Virus record (IMG/VR): IMGVR_UViG_3300033070_001299
Coordinates: 989-64,988 of that record
DNA length: 64,000 nucleotides
Direction: 5' to 3' (one strand)
Origin: a virus
Taxonomy: Duplodnaviria > Caudoviricetes
Part shown: in pieces, positions 44,059 through 53,365 of the stretch
Layout of the letters: the number at the start of each line of letters is the position of its first letter
Position numbering within the stretch: the stretch's first letter is position 1
Translations under genes and position numbers: made by a program
Notes under the pieces: model-generated
Seen by the model: the letters and a program-made list of their open reading frames with translations, nothing else
Told to the model about the DNA's origin: nothing
The model's database searches: none

Positions 44059-44984
44059 GCGCCGTCCATCCCGGCCTCCGCGTCCATCTGTTCGGCGAGC
44101 GGCCGCGGCTGCTGCCGGACTTCTGGTCCGGCGAGCTGATCCTGGCCCTGACCTTCAAGCAGCCCTTCGGGAGCTGCATCTGCCCGGGGCCGAAGCGCGC
44201 CGAGAACCGCGACTGGTCGCCGTGGCGCGCCCTGCAGCGCCGGCCATTCTGGATCGCGATCCACGCTGGGGCGGGCTGGTACGCGGGCGTCGAGCGCCAC
44301 GACCTCACCCTGCCCCGCTTCGCCTTCGAGGACGAGCCCGCTGGCGCTGGGGGACCGCCTCTGTGGGCCGCGGCGCCGGCCTTCGCCGACATGCCACCAC
44401 GGGCCTTCCTCGGCGCCGCTCGCGTGGTGGGCGTGGCCGAGGTCCCCGACGACGGCGAGCTGTGCCCCGACCCCTGGGCCTTCGGCCCCTGGGCGTGGGT
44501 GCTGGACCCCGCCGTCGTCGTCCTGCCCACCCCGATCCCCTGGGCCGGCGGCGGCCGCGGCCTCTGGCCCGTGCCCCCCGCTGTGCTCGAGGAGCTGCGC
44601 CGCGCCCGCGGGGACGCGCGCTGCCTCGTCCGCCACCCCTCGCCCCTGCTGGAGCACGCCTTGAAGATGCCCGACCTTGAGATCCCCACCCTGGAGCAGC
44701 TCTTCGGGGCGCCGCTCCCCAACCAGGCCGAGCAGCGCGCCGCGGTGCGCGCCCTGGACACGCTGGAGGCGGCCGACCGCGTGCTGCTCTGCCCCGACCT
44801 GCCGACCACGGTGCGCGCGGCCGCCGAGGGCCAGCAGCGCGTCCTCGCCGAGCTCCAGGCCGTCGCCGGCCAGGACCAGCGCCTGCGCGGGCTGCTGGTC
44901 GAGCAGCGCGTCGCCAGCCGGCCGGGCGCCGTGCGGCTCTGCAAGCGGCTGATCAACGCGATCCGGGCTGGAGGTGCGCCATGA
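44055..44984 (+). CDS. ASCH/PUA-like domain protein
   Basis: ALTFKQPFGSCI...KRAENRDW..IAIHAG, FLGAARVV, GPWAWVL. Confidence 0.7.
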   Translation: MSAVHPGLRVHLFGERPRLLPDFWSGELILALTFKQPFGSCICPGPKRAENRDWSPWRALQRRPFWIAIHAGAGWYAGVERHDLTLPRFAFEDEPAGAGGPPLWAAAPAFADMPPRAFLGAARVVGVAEVPDDGELCPDPWAFGPWAWVLDPAVVVLPTPIPWAGGGRGLWPVPPAVLEELRRARGDARCLVRHPSPLLEHALKMPDLEIPTLEQLFGAPLPNQAEQRAAVRALDTLEAADRVLLCPDLPTTVRAAAEGQQRVLAELQAVAGQDQRLRGLLVEQRVASRPGAVRLCKRLINAIRAGGAP

Positions 44985-45202
44985 TCCTCGTCTCCCATGA
45001 GGTACAGCTCCAGGAGGCCCGCGGTGATCTGGCGCTGGCCAATGCGCGGCTGCGCCGCTGGCGCGCGCGGCGCTGGCTGCACCGGGCCGCGACGGTCCTC
45101 ACCGGGATCGGAGGGTTCCTCGACGTCCTGGCCGCGCGCGGCCGCCTGCAGCGGCTGATCGAGGAGCAGGAGATTCGCGACGACGCCAGGAGGCACCCAT
45201 GA
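44981..45202 (+). CDS. hypothetical protein
   Basis: ATGA overlaps at both ends. Confidence 0.6.
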   Translation: MILVSHEVQLQEARGDLALANARLRRWRARRWLHRAATVLTGIGGFLDVLAARGRLQRLIEEQEIRDDARRHP

Positions 45203-46461
45203 AGGACTCCAAGATCGAGTGGACCAAGCACACGTTCAACCCGATCCGCGGCTGCGTGCGGATCTCCCCCGGCTGCCGGCGCTGCTACGCCGAGGCCATG
45301 TCGGGCCGCAACCCCGCCCAGCTCGGGATCTGGGGCCCCTTCGGCACGCGGCCGACTGCGGGCGAGAGCTACTGGCGCCAGCTCGCGCGGTGGAACGCAG
45401 AGGCCGCCCTGGCCGGCGAGCGCGCGCCCGTGTTCTGCGCCAGCCTCGCCGACCTGGGCGAGGGCGAGCCCGGCGTCGAGCGGGCCCCCTACGAGGAGCG
45501 CATGGCCGCCGCGCTCGAGGTGGGCACCGACGACGCGGTGTCCGAGGTGGACGCCTGGGCGGCGCTCTTCGAGAGCCGCGACGGGCCCCGCGCGACGCAC
45601 CTGCCCGTCCTCGAGCGGCTGGCGGCGGAGACGGCGTCGCTGCCCTGGCTGCCCCTGCTGATCCTGACCAAGCGGCCGTGGAACCTTCTGCGCTGGGCCG
45701 AGCGGCGCGGCGCGTGGCCGGCCACCTGGGCGCTCGGTGTCACCATCGAGAGCGCGCACCAGCTCGGCCGCTGGCACGAGGCGGTCAAGATCCCTGCGCC
45801 GATGCGCTTCTGGAGCGTGGAGCCCCAGGTGGGCCCGCTGCGCCCGGCGACGCACCTGCTGGTCTACGAGGACGCGGCGGACGGCCAGTGGCGGCCCCGC
45901 CAGGACGCGGCCGCCCAGGAGTGCCGCCGCCGCCGGCTGCTGCCCGACTGGATCATCCAGGGCGGCGAGAGCGGCGGCGGCGCCCGGCCCCTTCACCCCG
46001 GTTGGGCGCGCGAGCTGCGCGACATGGCCGCCGCCGCTGGGGTGCCATACCTGTTCAAGCAGTGGGGGGAGAGCGAGCCCATGTCCCCAGCCCTGACCTA
46101 CATGGAGGGCGTCGACGGGGCCCGCAACGGCGAGCAGAGCGACCGGGCGCACTGGCGCGAGTTCTCCGCTGGCGTGCTGGTGATCCAGGCCGACGGCCGC
46201 GTCGAGGTGCCCAAGGCCCCCTTCGAGGCGTGGTGGCAGCAGCAGGAGCCCGAGTGGCAGGCCGACGAGGAGGTGGTGGACGCCTGGGACGTGCCCGACG
46301 CCTGGCCGGCCGAGACGGCCGCGCTGGCGCGCGAGGGCGGCGTGCCCTGGGCCATGCACCGCGTCGGCAAGAAGGTCGCCGGCCGGGCCCTGGACCACGT
46401 CGAGCACAACGGCCGCCCGGCCTTCCTCACTGACCGCGAGCCGATCCGAGGTGCAGCATGA
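45199..46461 (+). CDS. DUF5131 / phage Gp37Gp68 family protein
   Basis: SKIEWT.HTFNP..GC..ISPGC..CYA, VFCASLAD, LILTKRP, SVEP, DWII.GGESG..ARP, FKQWGE. Confidence 0.9.
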   Translation: MKDSKIEWTKHTFNPIRGCVRISPGCRRCYAEAMSGRNPAQLGIWGPFGTRPTAGESYWRQLARWNAEAALAGERAPVFCASLADLGEGEPGVERAPYEERMAAALEVGTDDAVSEVDAWAALFESRDGPRATHLPVLERLAAETASLPWLPLLILTKRPWNLLRWAERRGAWPATWALGVTIESAHQLGRWHEAVKIPAPMRFWSVEPQVGPLRPATHLLVYEDAADGQWRPRQDAAAQECRRRRLLPDWIIQGGESGGGARPLHPGWARELRDMAAAAGVPYLFKQWGESEPMSPALTYMEGVDGARNGEQSDRAHWREFSAGVLVIQADGRVEVPKAPFEAWWQQQEPEWQADEEVVDAWDVPDAWPAETAALAREGGVPWAMHRVGKKVAGRALDHVEHNGRPAFLTDREPIRGAA

Positions 46462-47384
46462 TCGACCCCAGCACCCCGCTCCGCGGCCTGCCAGTGGCCG
46501 TCCTGGACTTCGAGGCCACGGACTACCCCAACGCCGACGCCCACGTCGTGGACGCGGCCGTGGTCCACGGGCAGCTCGGCGAGGGCGACGCGCGGATCGC
46601 CTTCTCCTCGCTGGTGCGGCCGCCGATCCCGATCCCCGAGCGCGTCTCCACCATCCACGGGATCACCGACGCCGACGTGGCCGACGCGCCAGTCTTCGGC
46701 GCCGTGGTGGACGACCTGCTGGCGGCCTGCGAGGGCCGCGTGATCGTGGCCTTCAATGCGCCCGCGGACTTCATGTTCCTCGCCCGCGAGCTGGAGCGCC
46801 TCGACCGGCCGAGGCCGCCCTGGCCCTGGCTGGACCTCTTCGTGGTCCGCAAGGCCACCAAGACGCGCGGGCGGCCCGGCAAGCTGGGCGAGGTGGCGGC
46901 CGAGTACGGCGTGGACCTGGACGCCCACGGAGCGGCCGGCGATGCGCTGGTGACCGCGCTGCTCCTGACCCCCATGATGCGCGCGGCCTGGACGGCCGGC
47001 GCCTTCCGCTCGCCCGAGGGCGCCCAGCCCCCGCCCCGCCGCGGCTGGGGCGGCTACGACCAGGACGAGGACGACGAGGACGCCCCGCCGCCGCCCCGCG
47101 TCGAGACCTGGGGGGCCTTTGCCACCTGGCAGCGGGCCGCCGCGCTCTGGCAGGAGCGCAACTACGCGGCCTATCGGCGGGAGCAGGGCGACGCCCACCC
47201 GCCGCGGAGCGACTGGCACGTCCTCGAGGGCGTGGAGGCCCCGACCTGGGCGCCGCCCGCCCGCGTGGCCGCGTGCCCGGGGTGCGGCGCCTCGGTGCTG
47301 CTCCGCGTCGCGCGCGACGGCGCGCGCAGCTACAGCGAGCTCAGCGGCGACGAGCACGCCTGCCCGTCCAGGAGCAGCTCGTGA
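46458..47384 (+). CDS. DEDDh 3'-5' exonuclease (Pol III epsilon-like)
   Basis: VLDFEAT, IHGITD, AFNAPAD, AHGAAGDA. Confidence 0.85.
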   Translation: MIDPSTPLRGLPVAVLDFEATDYPNADAHVVDAAVVHGQLGEGDARIAFSSLVRPPIPIPERVSTIHGITDADVADAPVFGAVVDDLLAACEGRVIVAFNAPADFMFLARELERLDRPRPPWPWLDLFVVRKATKTRGRPGKLGEVAAEYGVDLDAHGAAGDALVTALLLTPMMRAAWTAGAFRSPEGAQPPPRRGWGGYDQDEDDEDAPPPPRVETWGAFATWQRAAALWQERNYAAYRREQGDAHPPRSDWHVLEGVEAPTWAPPARVAACPGCGASVLLRVARDGARSYSELSGDEHACPSRSSS

Positions 47385-48118
47385 ACGTCGTCCTGGGCAT
47401 GGACGCCGCCTGGGGCGGCCTGGGCTGGTGCCTCGCCACCGAACAGGGGCCGGTCTCCGCCGGCCACGTCGTGCTCCGCGGCGCGGCCTACCGCTGGCCG
47501 GCCCTGCTGCGCTGGCTGGACACCACGATCCGGCCCGAGATCACCGACGGCGAGCTGCTGCGCGGCCCGGCCGACGCCCCCCTGCGCCTCGTGATCGAGG
47601 AGCCGCCCGTGGTCTACAGCGGCGCCAGCCGCGGGCCGCGCGCGCCGGCTGGCGGAGACCTCCTCGACCGCATGGCCGACGCCGCCCAGCAGGCGCGCGG
47701 CGAGGCCAGGGCCGCCGGCAACCAGTCCGCCACCTGCTACGGGCTCGGCCGGCTGGCCGGCGCCCTGGAGTTTTGGTGGGCGGCCAACCCCGCCCTCGCC
47801 TACCCGTGGCTGGTCGACCCCGCGCGCTGGAGGAAGTGGTGGAAGCTCGGCGGCCGCGGCCGCGTCGAGCGCAAGCAGGCCGCCGTCGACCTGGTCACAA
47901 CGCTCCGCTGGGGGCGCCTGCTGGGCGACCACAAGTGGAACAGCGCCTCGGGCGGCCCGCGCGCCGACGTGGCCGAGGCGATCCTGCTGGCTGTGGGTGC
48001 TGCGCGCAACGCCTCCGAGGCCCCGGCCGGGCCGATGTCGATCCTGACCAACCCGCCGCCCGTGCGCCAGCAGCGCGCGCCGCGGCCCAAGAAGCCCCCG
48101 ACCCCGAGAGGAGCCTGA
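47381..48118 (+). CDS. RuvC-like Holliday junction resolvase
   Basis: VLGMDAA, LVIEEP, KQAAV..V, ADVAEAILL. Confidence 0.7.
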   Translation: MNVVLGMDAAWGGLGWCLATEQGPVSAGHVVLRGAAYRWPALLRWLDTTIRPEITDGELLRGPADAPLRLVIEEPPVVYSGASRGPRAPAGGDLLDRMADAAQQARGEARAAGNQSATCYGLGRLAGALEFWWAANPALAYPWLVDPARWRKWWKLGGRGRVERKQAAVDLVTTLRWGRLLGDHKWNSASGGPRADVAEAILLAVGAARNASEAPAGPMSILTNPPPVRQQRAPRPKKPPTPRGA

Positions 48119-48120
48119 TC

Positions 48121-48309
48121 ATGCCCACCCGAGACCGAATCCCCAAGATCGAGCGCCTGCCTGGACGCTACGGGCCCGACGACGTAGCCAGCGAGCCCCG
48201 CCAGACCGGCCGCCGCCGCGGGCGCACCCCGGCCGACGACGAAGATCGCGGCAACACCAACGACCACCGCAACCGCTCGGCCCTGGACCGCATCTGGGAG
48301 GGCAGGTGA
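48121..48309 (+). CDS. small charged hypothetical protein
   Basis: GAGGAG RBS; GTGA overlap downstream. Confidence 0.55.
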   Translation: MPTRDRIPKIERLPGRYGPDDVASEPRQTGRRRGRTPADDEDRGNTNDHRNRSALDRIWEGR

Positions 48310-48833
48310 GCCCCGACGCGCGGCGCAGGCCGCCCGTCCTGATCGTCGTCCCCCTGGGCGGCCCGGTGCCCGCCGTCGCCGCCTGGCGCGCAGCCGTCGG
48401 CCGCGTGCTGGCCGAGGCCGCGCGCCGCGAGGGCCTCGCCCCGCTGCTGGAGCTGGGCGACACCGACATGCGCCACGAGGGGCAGGCCGCCGCCGGCCCC
48501 GACGCCGTGCGCCGGGACGTGGCGCTGGTCCACGCGCGGCTCGCGGGCCTCGCCACGGACGGCCGCCTGTGGATCCTGGCCCGTGGCCGCGGGCTGGTGC
48601 TGGAGCCCGCCCAGGCCGAGCAGGTGCGCGTCTACCGCGCCGCCCGCGGCCTGTCTCGGATCGCCGACCTGGACGCCGCCCGCGCGCCCGGGACGACGGC
48701 CGGCTGCTGGGAGGACTGGATCCCCACCATGCGCCGCCTCGGGCTGCTCGCCCGCTGGCTGGAGCTACACGAGGAGCCGCGGATCAACGTGGCGGAGCCC
48801 GACCGGGCGTCGGCCGGCGAGGCGACCCCATGA
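48306..48833 (+). CDS. hypothetical protein
   Basis: 4-bp overlaps at both ends. Confidence 0.65.
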   Translation: MSPDARRRPPVLIVVPLGGPVPAVAAWRAAVGRVLAEAARREGLAPLLELGDTDMRHEGQAAAGPDAVRRDVALVHARLAGLATDGRLWILARGRGLVLEPAQAEQVRVYRAARGLSRIADLDAARAPGTTAGCWEDWIPTMRRLGLLARWLELHEEPRINVAEPDRASAGEATP

Positions 48834-49576
48834 GCGCCACCGGGATCGGGGAGGGCGGCTACCTGGCCGGCGCCGCCTACATGACCCCGCTCGGCCTGAC
48901 ACGGCCGCTCGTGGCCCTGCTGCCCTTCCTCGCGCTGCCCCAGGTGGTGCTCGAGTGCAGCGTGGGCGGCGGCGCGTGGGTGCGCGCCGTGCTGGAGCGC
49001 GAGGGCCGGGAGCGCGTCTTCCACCGCTACCTCGCCGTCGACATCGACCCCGCCGCGGCTGGGCTGGCCCTCGTGAGCGAGGAGGGCGGCGAGGCCGTGG
49101 TGGGCGACTTCCTGGACCCCGCGCTGCGCCTCTCGCGCCGGCCGACGGTCGTACTCGGCAACCCGCCATTCGGCGAGGTGCTGCCCGAGCAGGACTGCGT
49201 CCAGTGTGGCGGGCGTGGGCGACGGGCCACGCGCGGCGGCGGGGAGCGCCCGTGCGGCCGCTGCCGGTCCACCGGCCGGATCATACCGAAGCCGCGCCCC
49301 GTCGCGCAGAAGCACGTCGAGCGCGCGCTGGAGGTGGTGGCGCGCGGCGGCCACGTCGTACTCCTGCTCCGGCTCGCCATGATCGCCGGCCAGGAGCGCC
49401 TCGACTTCTGGCGCGCGCACCCCGCGCGCCACATCTGGGTCATAGCCGACCGACCGGACTTCACAGGCGAAGGCGGCGACTCCGCCGACTACGCCCTCTT
49501 CTGGTGGGACCTCGGCTACACAGGCCCCACCACCATCGAGCCCGTCTACACAGGATCCCGCGCGCGCCGCGGGTAG
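48830..49576 (+). CDS. N6-adenine DNA methyltransferase (NPPF type) with inserted Zn finger
   Basis: YMTP, LECSVGGG, VDIDP, GDFL, VLGNPPF, then CVQCGGRG..CGRCRSTG. Confidence 0.8.
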   Translation: MSATGIGEGGYLAGAAYMTPLGLTRPLVALLPFLALPQVVLECSVGGGAWVRAVLEREGRERVFHRYLAVDIDPAAAGLALVSEEGGEAVVGDFLDPALRLSRRPTVVLGNPPFGEVLPEQDCVQCGGRGRRATRGGGERPCGRCRSTGRIIPKPRPVAQKHVERALEVVARGGHVVLLLRLAMIAGQERLDFWRAHPARHIWVIADRPDFTGEGGDSADYALFWWDLGYTGPTTIEPVYTGSRARRG

Positions 49577-49602
49577 CGCGAGCGCCAGACCGGCGCTACA
49601 AC
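49574..49602 (+). promoter_or_regulatory. operator-class promoter TAGCGC-17-TACAAC
   Basis: CGCCAGACCGGCG at 49583 in the same register as 4170 and 58805. Confidence 0.55.
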
Positions 49603-49639
49603 AGCAGGAGCCGGCCCCAGCCGGCCAGGAGCACCGACC

Positions 49640-50812
49640 ATGCACGAACCAACCGACACCCCCACCGCCGCGGCGCAGGCCGCCTCCACGAAGACCAGGC
49701 GCCGCCGCAAGGGCGGCGAGGACGAGGCGCCCGCCAGCCCGGCCGGCGCCGCCGTCTTCGACCCGCCCGGCGAGGCCGCGCCCAACCCCTACCAGCACGG
49801 CCGCGCCGACCACGGCGAGGGCATGCCCCGTAGCCAGCATCCCTTTGGCTACAGCGGAGAGCAGATCGACGAGTGGCTGCGTGGGTGGGACGAGGCCGCC
49901 GCGGCGCTGCCCCCCGCCGCCGACGCGGCCCCGGACCCGCTGGACGCGCTCGCCGAGGATCCCGCCCAGGCCGCCGCGCCGGCCGACGCCTCGGAGCTGC
50001 CCGCCGAGGTGCTGGTGCAGATCCGCGGCCTGTGGGCCAACGGTCGCGAGATCGCCGCGATCCGGCTGTACCGCGACAGCGTGTCCCCCAGCCCCGACCT
50101 CGCCGAGGCCAAGCGCGTCGTCGAGGCCATCGTGGCCGATGGCGAGCCGCCCGCGGACTTCGCGCTGCCCGAGGGCGGCCCGGCCCAGGAGGAGGGCGAT
50201 AGCCCCGCGCCCGACGCCGTGCTGGAGGACGCCCCGCTGCTCGAGGGCGGCGAGGTCCCCGAGGCGCGCCGCGAGCCCCCGCCGCGCCGCACCGGCCGCC
50301 ACGAGATCACCCGCCGGACGCAGGACCGCGCCGTGCCGCTGTCCGACGACGAGTTCGAGCGCAAGGCGCACGAGCTGGCGGTCATGCAGGATAAGATCAC
50401 GGAGATGGAGGCCCGCCACGCGGCCGAGAAGAAGGCCATGCGCGAGGAGAAGGCGGCGCTGGAGGGCCAGCGGTCGGCCCTGGCCCTGGTCGTGCGCGAC
50501 AAGGTGGAGGTCCGATCCGTCGAGGTGATCACCGAGGCGGACTACGACGCGGGCCTGGCCTACGAGATCGACGCCGCGACGGGCCGCGTGCTCAGCCGGC
50601 GAGCGATCAGCTCGGCCGAGGCCCAGGTGCCCCTCTTCGGGGCCGGCCCCCAGGCCCCGGCCCGGCCCGCGGCCCCCACCCCGGACGAGGCGCCCGGCGA
50701 GAGCTGGCCCGACGAGCCCGGAACTGGCGCGGACGGCGATTCGCCCGAGGACGACGAGGACGAGGACACCACCGATCCCGACAGCGAGCCCGCCGACCCC
50801 GACGAGGAGTAG
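49640..50812 (+). CDS. acidic mosaic protein with RMF-like and bL12-CTD-like modules
   Basis: YQHGRAD...HPF...EWLRGWDEA; GREIAAIRLYRD...DLAEAKRVVE; C-terminal coiled coil. Confidence 0.65.
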   Translation: MHEPTDTPTAAAQAASTKTRRRRKGGEDEAPASPAGAAVFDPPGEAAPNPYQHGRADHGEGMPRSQHPFGYSGEQIDEWLRGWDEAAAALPPAADAAPDPLDALAEDPAQAAAPADASELPAEVLVQIRGLWANGREIAAIRLYRDSVSPSPDLAEAKRVVEAIVADGEPPADFALPEGGPAQEEGDSPAPDAVLEDAPLLEGGEVPEARREPPPRRTGRHEITRRTQDRAVPLSDDEFERKAHELAVMQDKITEMEARHAAEKKAMREEKAALEGQRSALALVVRDKVEVRSVEVITEADYDAGLAYEIDAATGRVLSRRAISSAEAQVPLFGAGPQAPARPAAPTPDEAPGESWPDEPGTGADGDSPEDDEDEDTTDPDSEPADPDEE

Positions 50813-50816
50813 GCGC

Positions 50817-51839
50817 GTGCTGCCGATCTTCGACGCGCTTCCGCCCTACATGGGCGGAAAGCGCCGGCTGCTGGGGAACATCTTTCGAGACCTCCCGTCC
50901 CCCGTCGACGCGCCGGTCCTGGCGGACGCCTTCCTGGGGGGCGGGAGCGTCTCGCTCTACGCCAAGGTGCGCGGCTACCGCGTGCTCTGCAACGACCTCG
51001 GCGAGCGGAGCGTGATCGTGGGCCGCGCCCTGATCGCCAACGAGGGCGTCCGCCTGGACGCGGCCGACGAGCTGCGCCTGTTCGACCCGCCCGCCGACCG
51101 CTCGCGGTGGGTAGAGCAGCGCCTGGCGCCCGACGTGGTCACCCCGCCGCACGCGGCGTTCCTGTGCGGCGCGATGGAGGTGGCCCGCCGAACCCCGGGC
51201 GAGCGCGGCTGGCTGCTCCGCCTGCTGTGCGTGCGCTACCTCCTCGATCAGCGCCCGATGCGCAACTTCGGCGCGAAGACCTACGTCCACCGCGTCGCGG
51301 CGGAGGACTGGGATCGGCTGAACATGACCGGATCCTACGCGGGCTTCGTGCGCCGCATGGGCCTCACGCACCCGCGGGCGCTGGTCGCCGAGCTGGCGGA
51401 GAAGATCAACCGCGGCGTGTTCGCCACCGGCCAGCAGCACGAGGCCGTCCAGGGCGACGCGGTCGCCTTCCTGCGTGCGTGCGGGGCCGACGTCGCCGTG
51501 CTGGACCCGCCCTACGCGGGGACCACGGGCTACGAGACGGCCCTGCGCCCCCTCGACGAGATGCTGCTGGGCGGCCCCGTGGCCCCCGAGGCGTCCGTGT
51601 TCTCGCGCAAGGACAGCCGCGACCAGCTCCTGGAGCTGCTGGACGCCGCCGAGGCCGTGCCCGTGGTCGTGCTCACCTACGGCGGCCCCGTCTTCGACCT
51701 GGCCGCGCTGGAGGCCATGCTGGGCCGCACGCGGCGGCGCGTCGTGAGCCAGTCCGTGGTCTACGGACACCTGCGCGCCCTGTCCACCGAGCAGCAGGCC
51801 GCGCAGAACCGAGAGCTGATCCTCGTGGGCTGGAGGTAG
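50817..51839 (+). CDS. Dam/D12-class N6-adenine DNA methyltransferase
   Basis: PYMGGKRRL, DAFLGGGSV, CNDL, VLDPPY. Confidence 0.9.
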   Translation: MLPIFDALPPYMGGKRRLLGNIFRDLPSPVDAPVLADAFLGGGSVSLYAKVRGYRVLCNDLGERSVIVGRALIANEGVRLDAADELRLFDPPADRSRWVEQRLAPDVVTPPHAAFLCGAMEVARRTPGERGWLLRLLCVRYLLDQRPMRNFGAKTYVHRVAAEDWDRLNMTGSYAGFVRRMGLTHPRALVAELAEKINRGVFATGQQHEAVQGDAVAFLRACGADVAVLDPPYAGTTGYETALRPLDEMLLGGPVAPEASVFSRKDSRDQLLELLDAAEAVPVVVLTYGGPVFDLAALEAMLGRTRRRVVSQSVVYGHLRALSTEQQAAQNRELILVGWR

Positions 51840-51841
51840 CC

Positions 51842-52534
51842 GTGGGCGACGCCGTGCTGCAGGTGGTGGACATCGACTGCGGGCTCCTGGACCCGAACCC
51901 GTGGAACCCCAACCGCATGTCGGCCCGCACCCGGGCCAAGCTGCTCGCCTACCTGCGCGATCAGGGGCTGGTCGCGCCGCTCGTGGTGCGCCCCCACCCG
52001 ACGGCGCCGGGGCGCTACCAGATCCTCAACGGCGAGCATCGCTGGCGCGTGTGGAAGGACGACCTGGGCCGGCCGGTGATCCCGTGCTCGGTCGTCCACG
52101 TCGACGACAGGGCGGCCAGGATCATCACGATCAACCTCAACGAGCTGTCCGGCGAGCCCGTGCCCCACCTGCTGGCCGGGCTGCTCGAGGAGCTCGCGCG
52201 CGAGGCCCCGCCCCGCGAGCTGGCCGGGATCCTCCCCTACGACGAGGCCGAGCTGATGGACCGGATCGAGCTGGGGCGCGCCCTGCCCCTGCTGGAGCAG
52301 CGCGTGGAGGCCGAGCAGCGCGCCCAGCACGGGGCCGCGCCCGTCCAGGTCGCCGTCATGGTGCCCGCCGAGCACGCGGCGGTCGTGGAGGCTGCGCTGG
52401 CGCGCGCCGCCGCCAGCCTGCCCGGCGGCAAGAACAGCCGGGGCCGCGCCTTCGCGCTGGTGTGCGAGGCGTACATGGCCGCGCCCGCCGCGCCGCCGCC
52501 CGAGATTCGCCGCGACGGCGCAGAAGCGACTTGA
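51842..52534 (+). CDS. ParB/Srx-like nuclease domain protein
   Basis: PNPWNPN.M, GLVAPLVVR, YQILNGEHRW, TINLN.L.G. Confidence 0.85.
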   Translation: MGDAVLQVVDIDCGLLDPNPWNPNRMSARTRAKLLAYLRDQGLVAPLVVRPHPTAPGRYQILNGEHRWRVWKDDLGRPVIPCSVVHVDDRAARIITINLNELSGEPVPHLLAGLLEELAREAPPRELAGILPYDEAELMDRIELGRALPLLEQRVEAEQRAQHGAAPVQVAVMVPAEHAAVVEAALARAAASLPGGKNSRGRAFALVCEAYMAAPAAPPPEIRRDGAEAT

Positions 52535-52559
52535 TCCGGCGCCGCGCTGGTGCTACGAC
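52508..52559 (+). promoter_or_regulatory. operator-class promoter TTGATC-17-TACGAC
   Basis: Operators CGCCGCGCTGGTG at 52540 and CGCCGCGACGGCG at 52508. Confidence 0.65.
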
Positions 52560-52577
52560 GGGGGGACTGGAGGCCGC

Positions 52578-52829
52578 TTGGCCCGCTTCGTCGCCGCGCT
52601 CGCTACTCAGCAGTGGCCGTCCGTGCCGCACCCCGACCTCGAGGTCGCGCGCAAGCTGGCGGCCTGCAGGGCGCTCGTGGCGAAGGAGCGGGGAGGGGTG
52701 TTCCGCCTGGACGACGCGGGGCTGGTGCTGATCGAGACGGTGTCCCCGTCGGGCAAGTTTCGCCCCGTCCAGCTCAGCCTCCCCATTCGGCCGCGGCTGG
52801 CCGTCGTTGGCCGCGAGGAGGAGCCTTGA
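52578..52829 (+). CDS. small hypothetical protein
   Basis: GGAGG RBS with TTG start; TTGA overlap downstream. Confidence 0.55.
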   Translation: MARFVAALATQQWPSVPHPDLEVARKLAACRALVAKERGGVFRLDDAGLVLIETVSPSGKFRPVQLSLPIRPRLAVVGREEEP

Positions 52830-53365
52830 GCCAAGTCCCCGACTACGTGGCGCGCGTGCTGGATCACCGCCCGCCCAGGCAGGGCAATCGCGTCCTCGTG
52901 CCGCGGGCCGGCGACAGCGGGCTCCTGCTGGGTCTCGCCGCCCTGGACGCCCGGTGCCTTGGCTCGGGCGTGGACCTCGATCTGGAGGTGGCCGCGGTAG
53001 AGGACGAGAGCGACGCGCGGACGGCGGATCGCCTGCGCGCCGCTGGCGCTCGGTTCAGCGTCTACAGCCTGCGCCTCGGGGTGCCCCTCGCCGGCCTGAC
53101 TCCCGACCGCGAGCCGCCCTACGACCTGGTGCTGGTCGACTGCGCCACGCCCAGGCCGACCGACGGCGCGCTGATCGCGCACGCCCAGCGCTTCGTCTAC
53201 GGCGGCCCGCCGTGGCAGGCCGGCCACCTGCTGGCCGTGGTGAGGATTGACATGCTCAGCCGCTGCCCCGAGCTGGGCGCGATCCGGCGCGACTTCGCCT
53301 GGGGTGTCACCGACATCGATGGCGAGCTGGCTATGCTCGAGCTCGTGGGGCGGCGCCGTGACTGA
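52826..53365 (+). CDS. degenerate class I SAM-methyltransferase-like protein
   Basis: RVLVPRAGDSG (ExSAGxG-like), VAAVE, YDLVLVD, GHLLAVV; lacks NPPY/F. Confidence 0.45.
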   Translation: MSQVPDYVARVLDHRPPRQGNRVLVPRAGDSGLLLGLAALDARCLGSGVDLDLEVAAVEDESDARTADRLRAAGARFSVYSLRLGVPLAGLTPDREPPYDLVLVDCATPRPTDGALIAHAQRFVYGGPPWQAGHLLAVVRIDMLSRCPELGAIRRDFAWGVTDIDGELAMLELVGRRRD

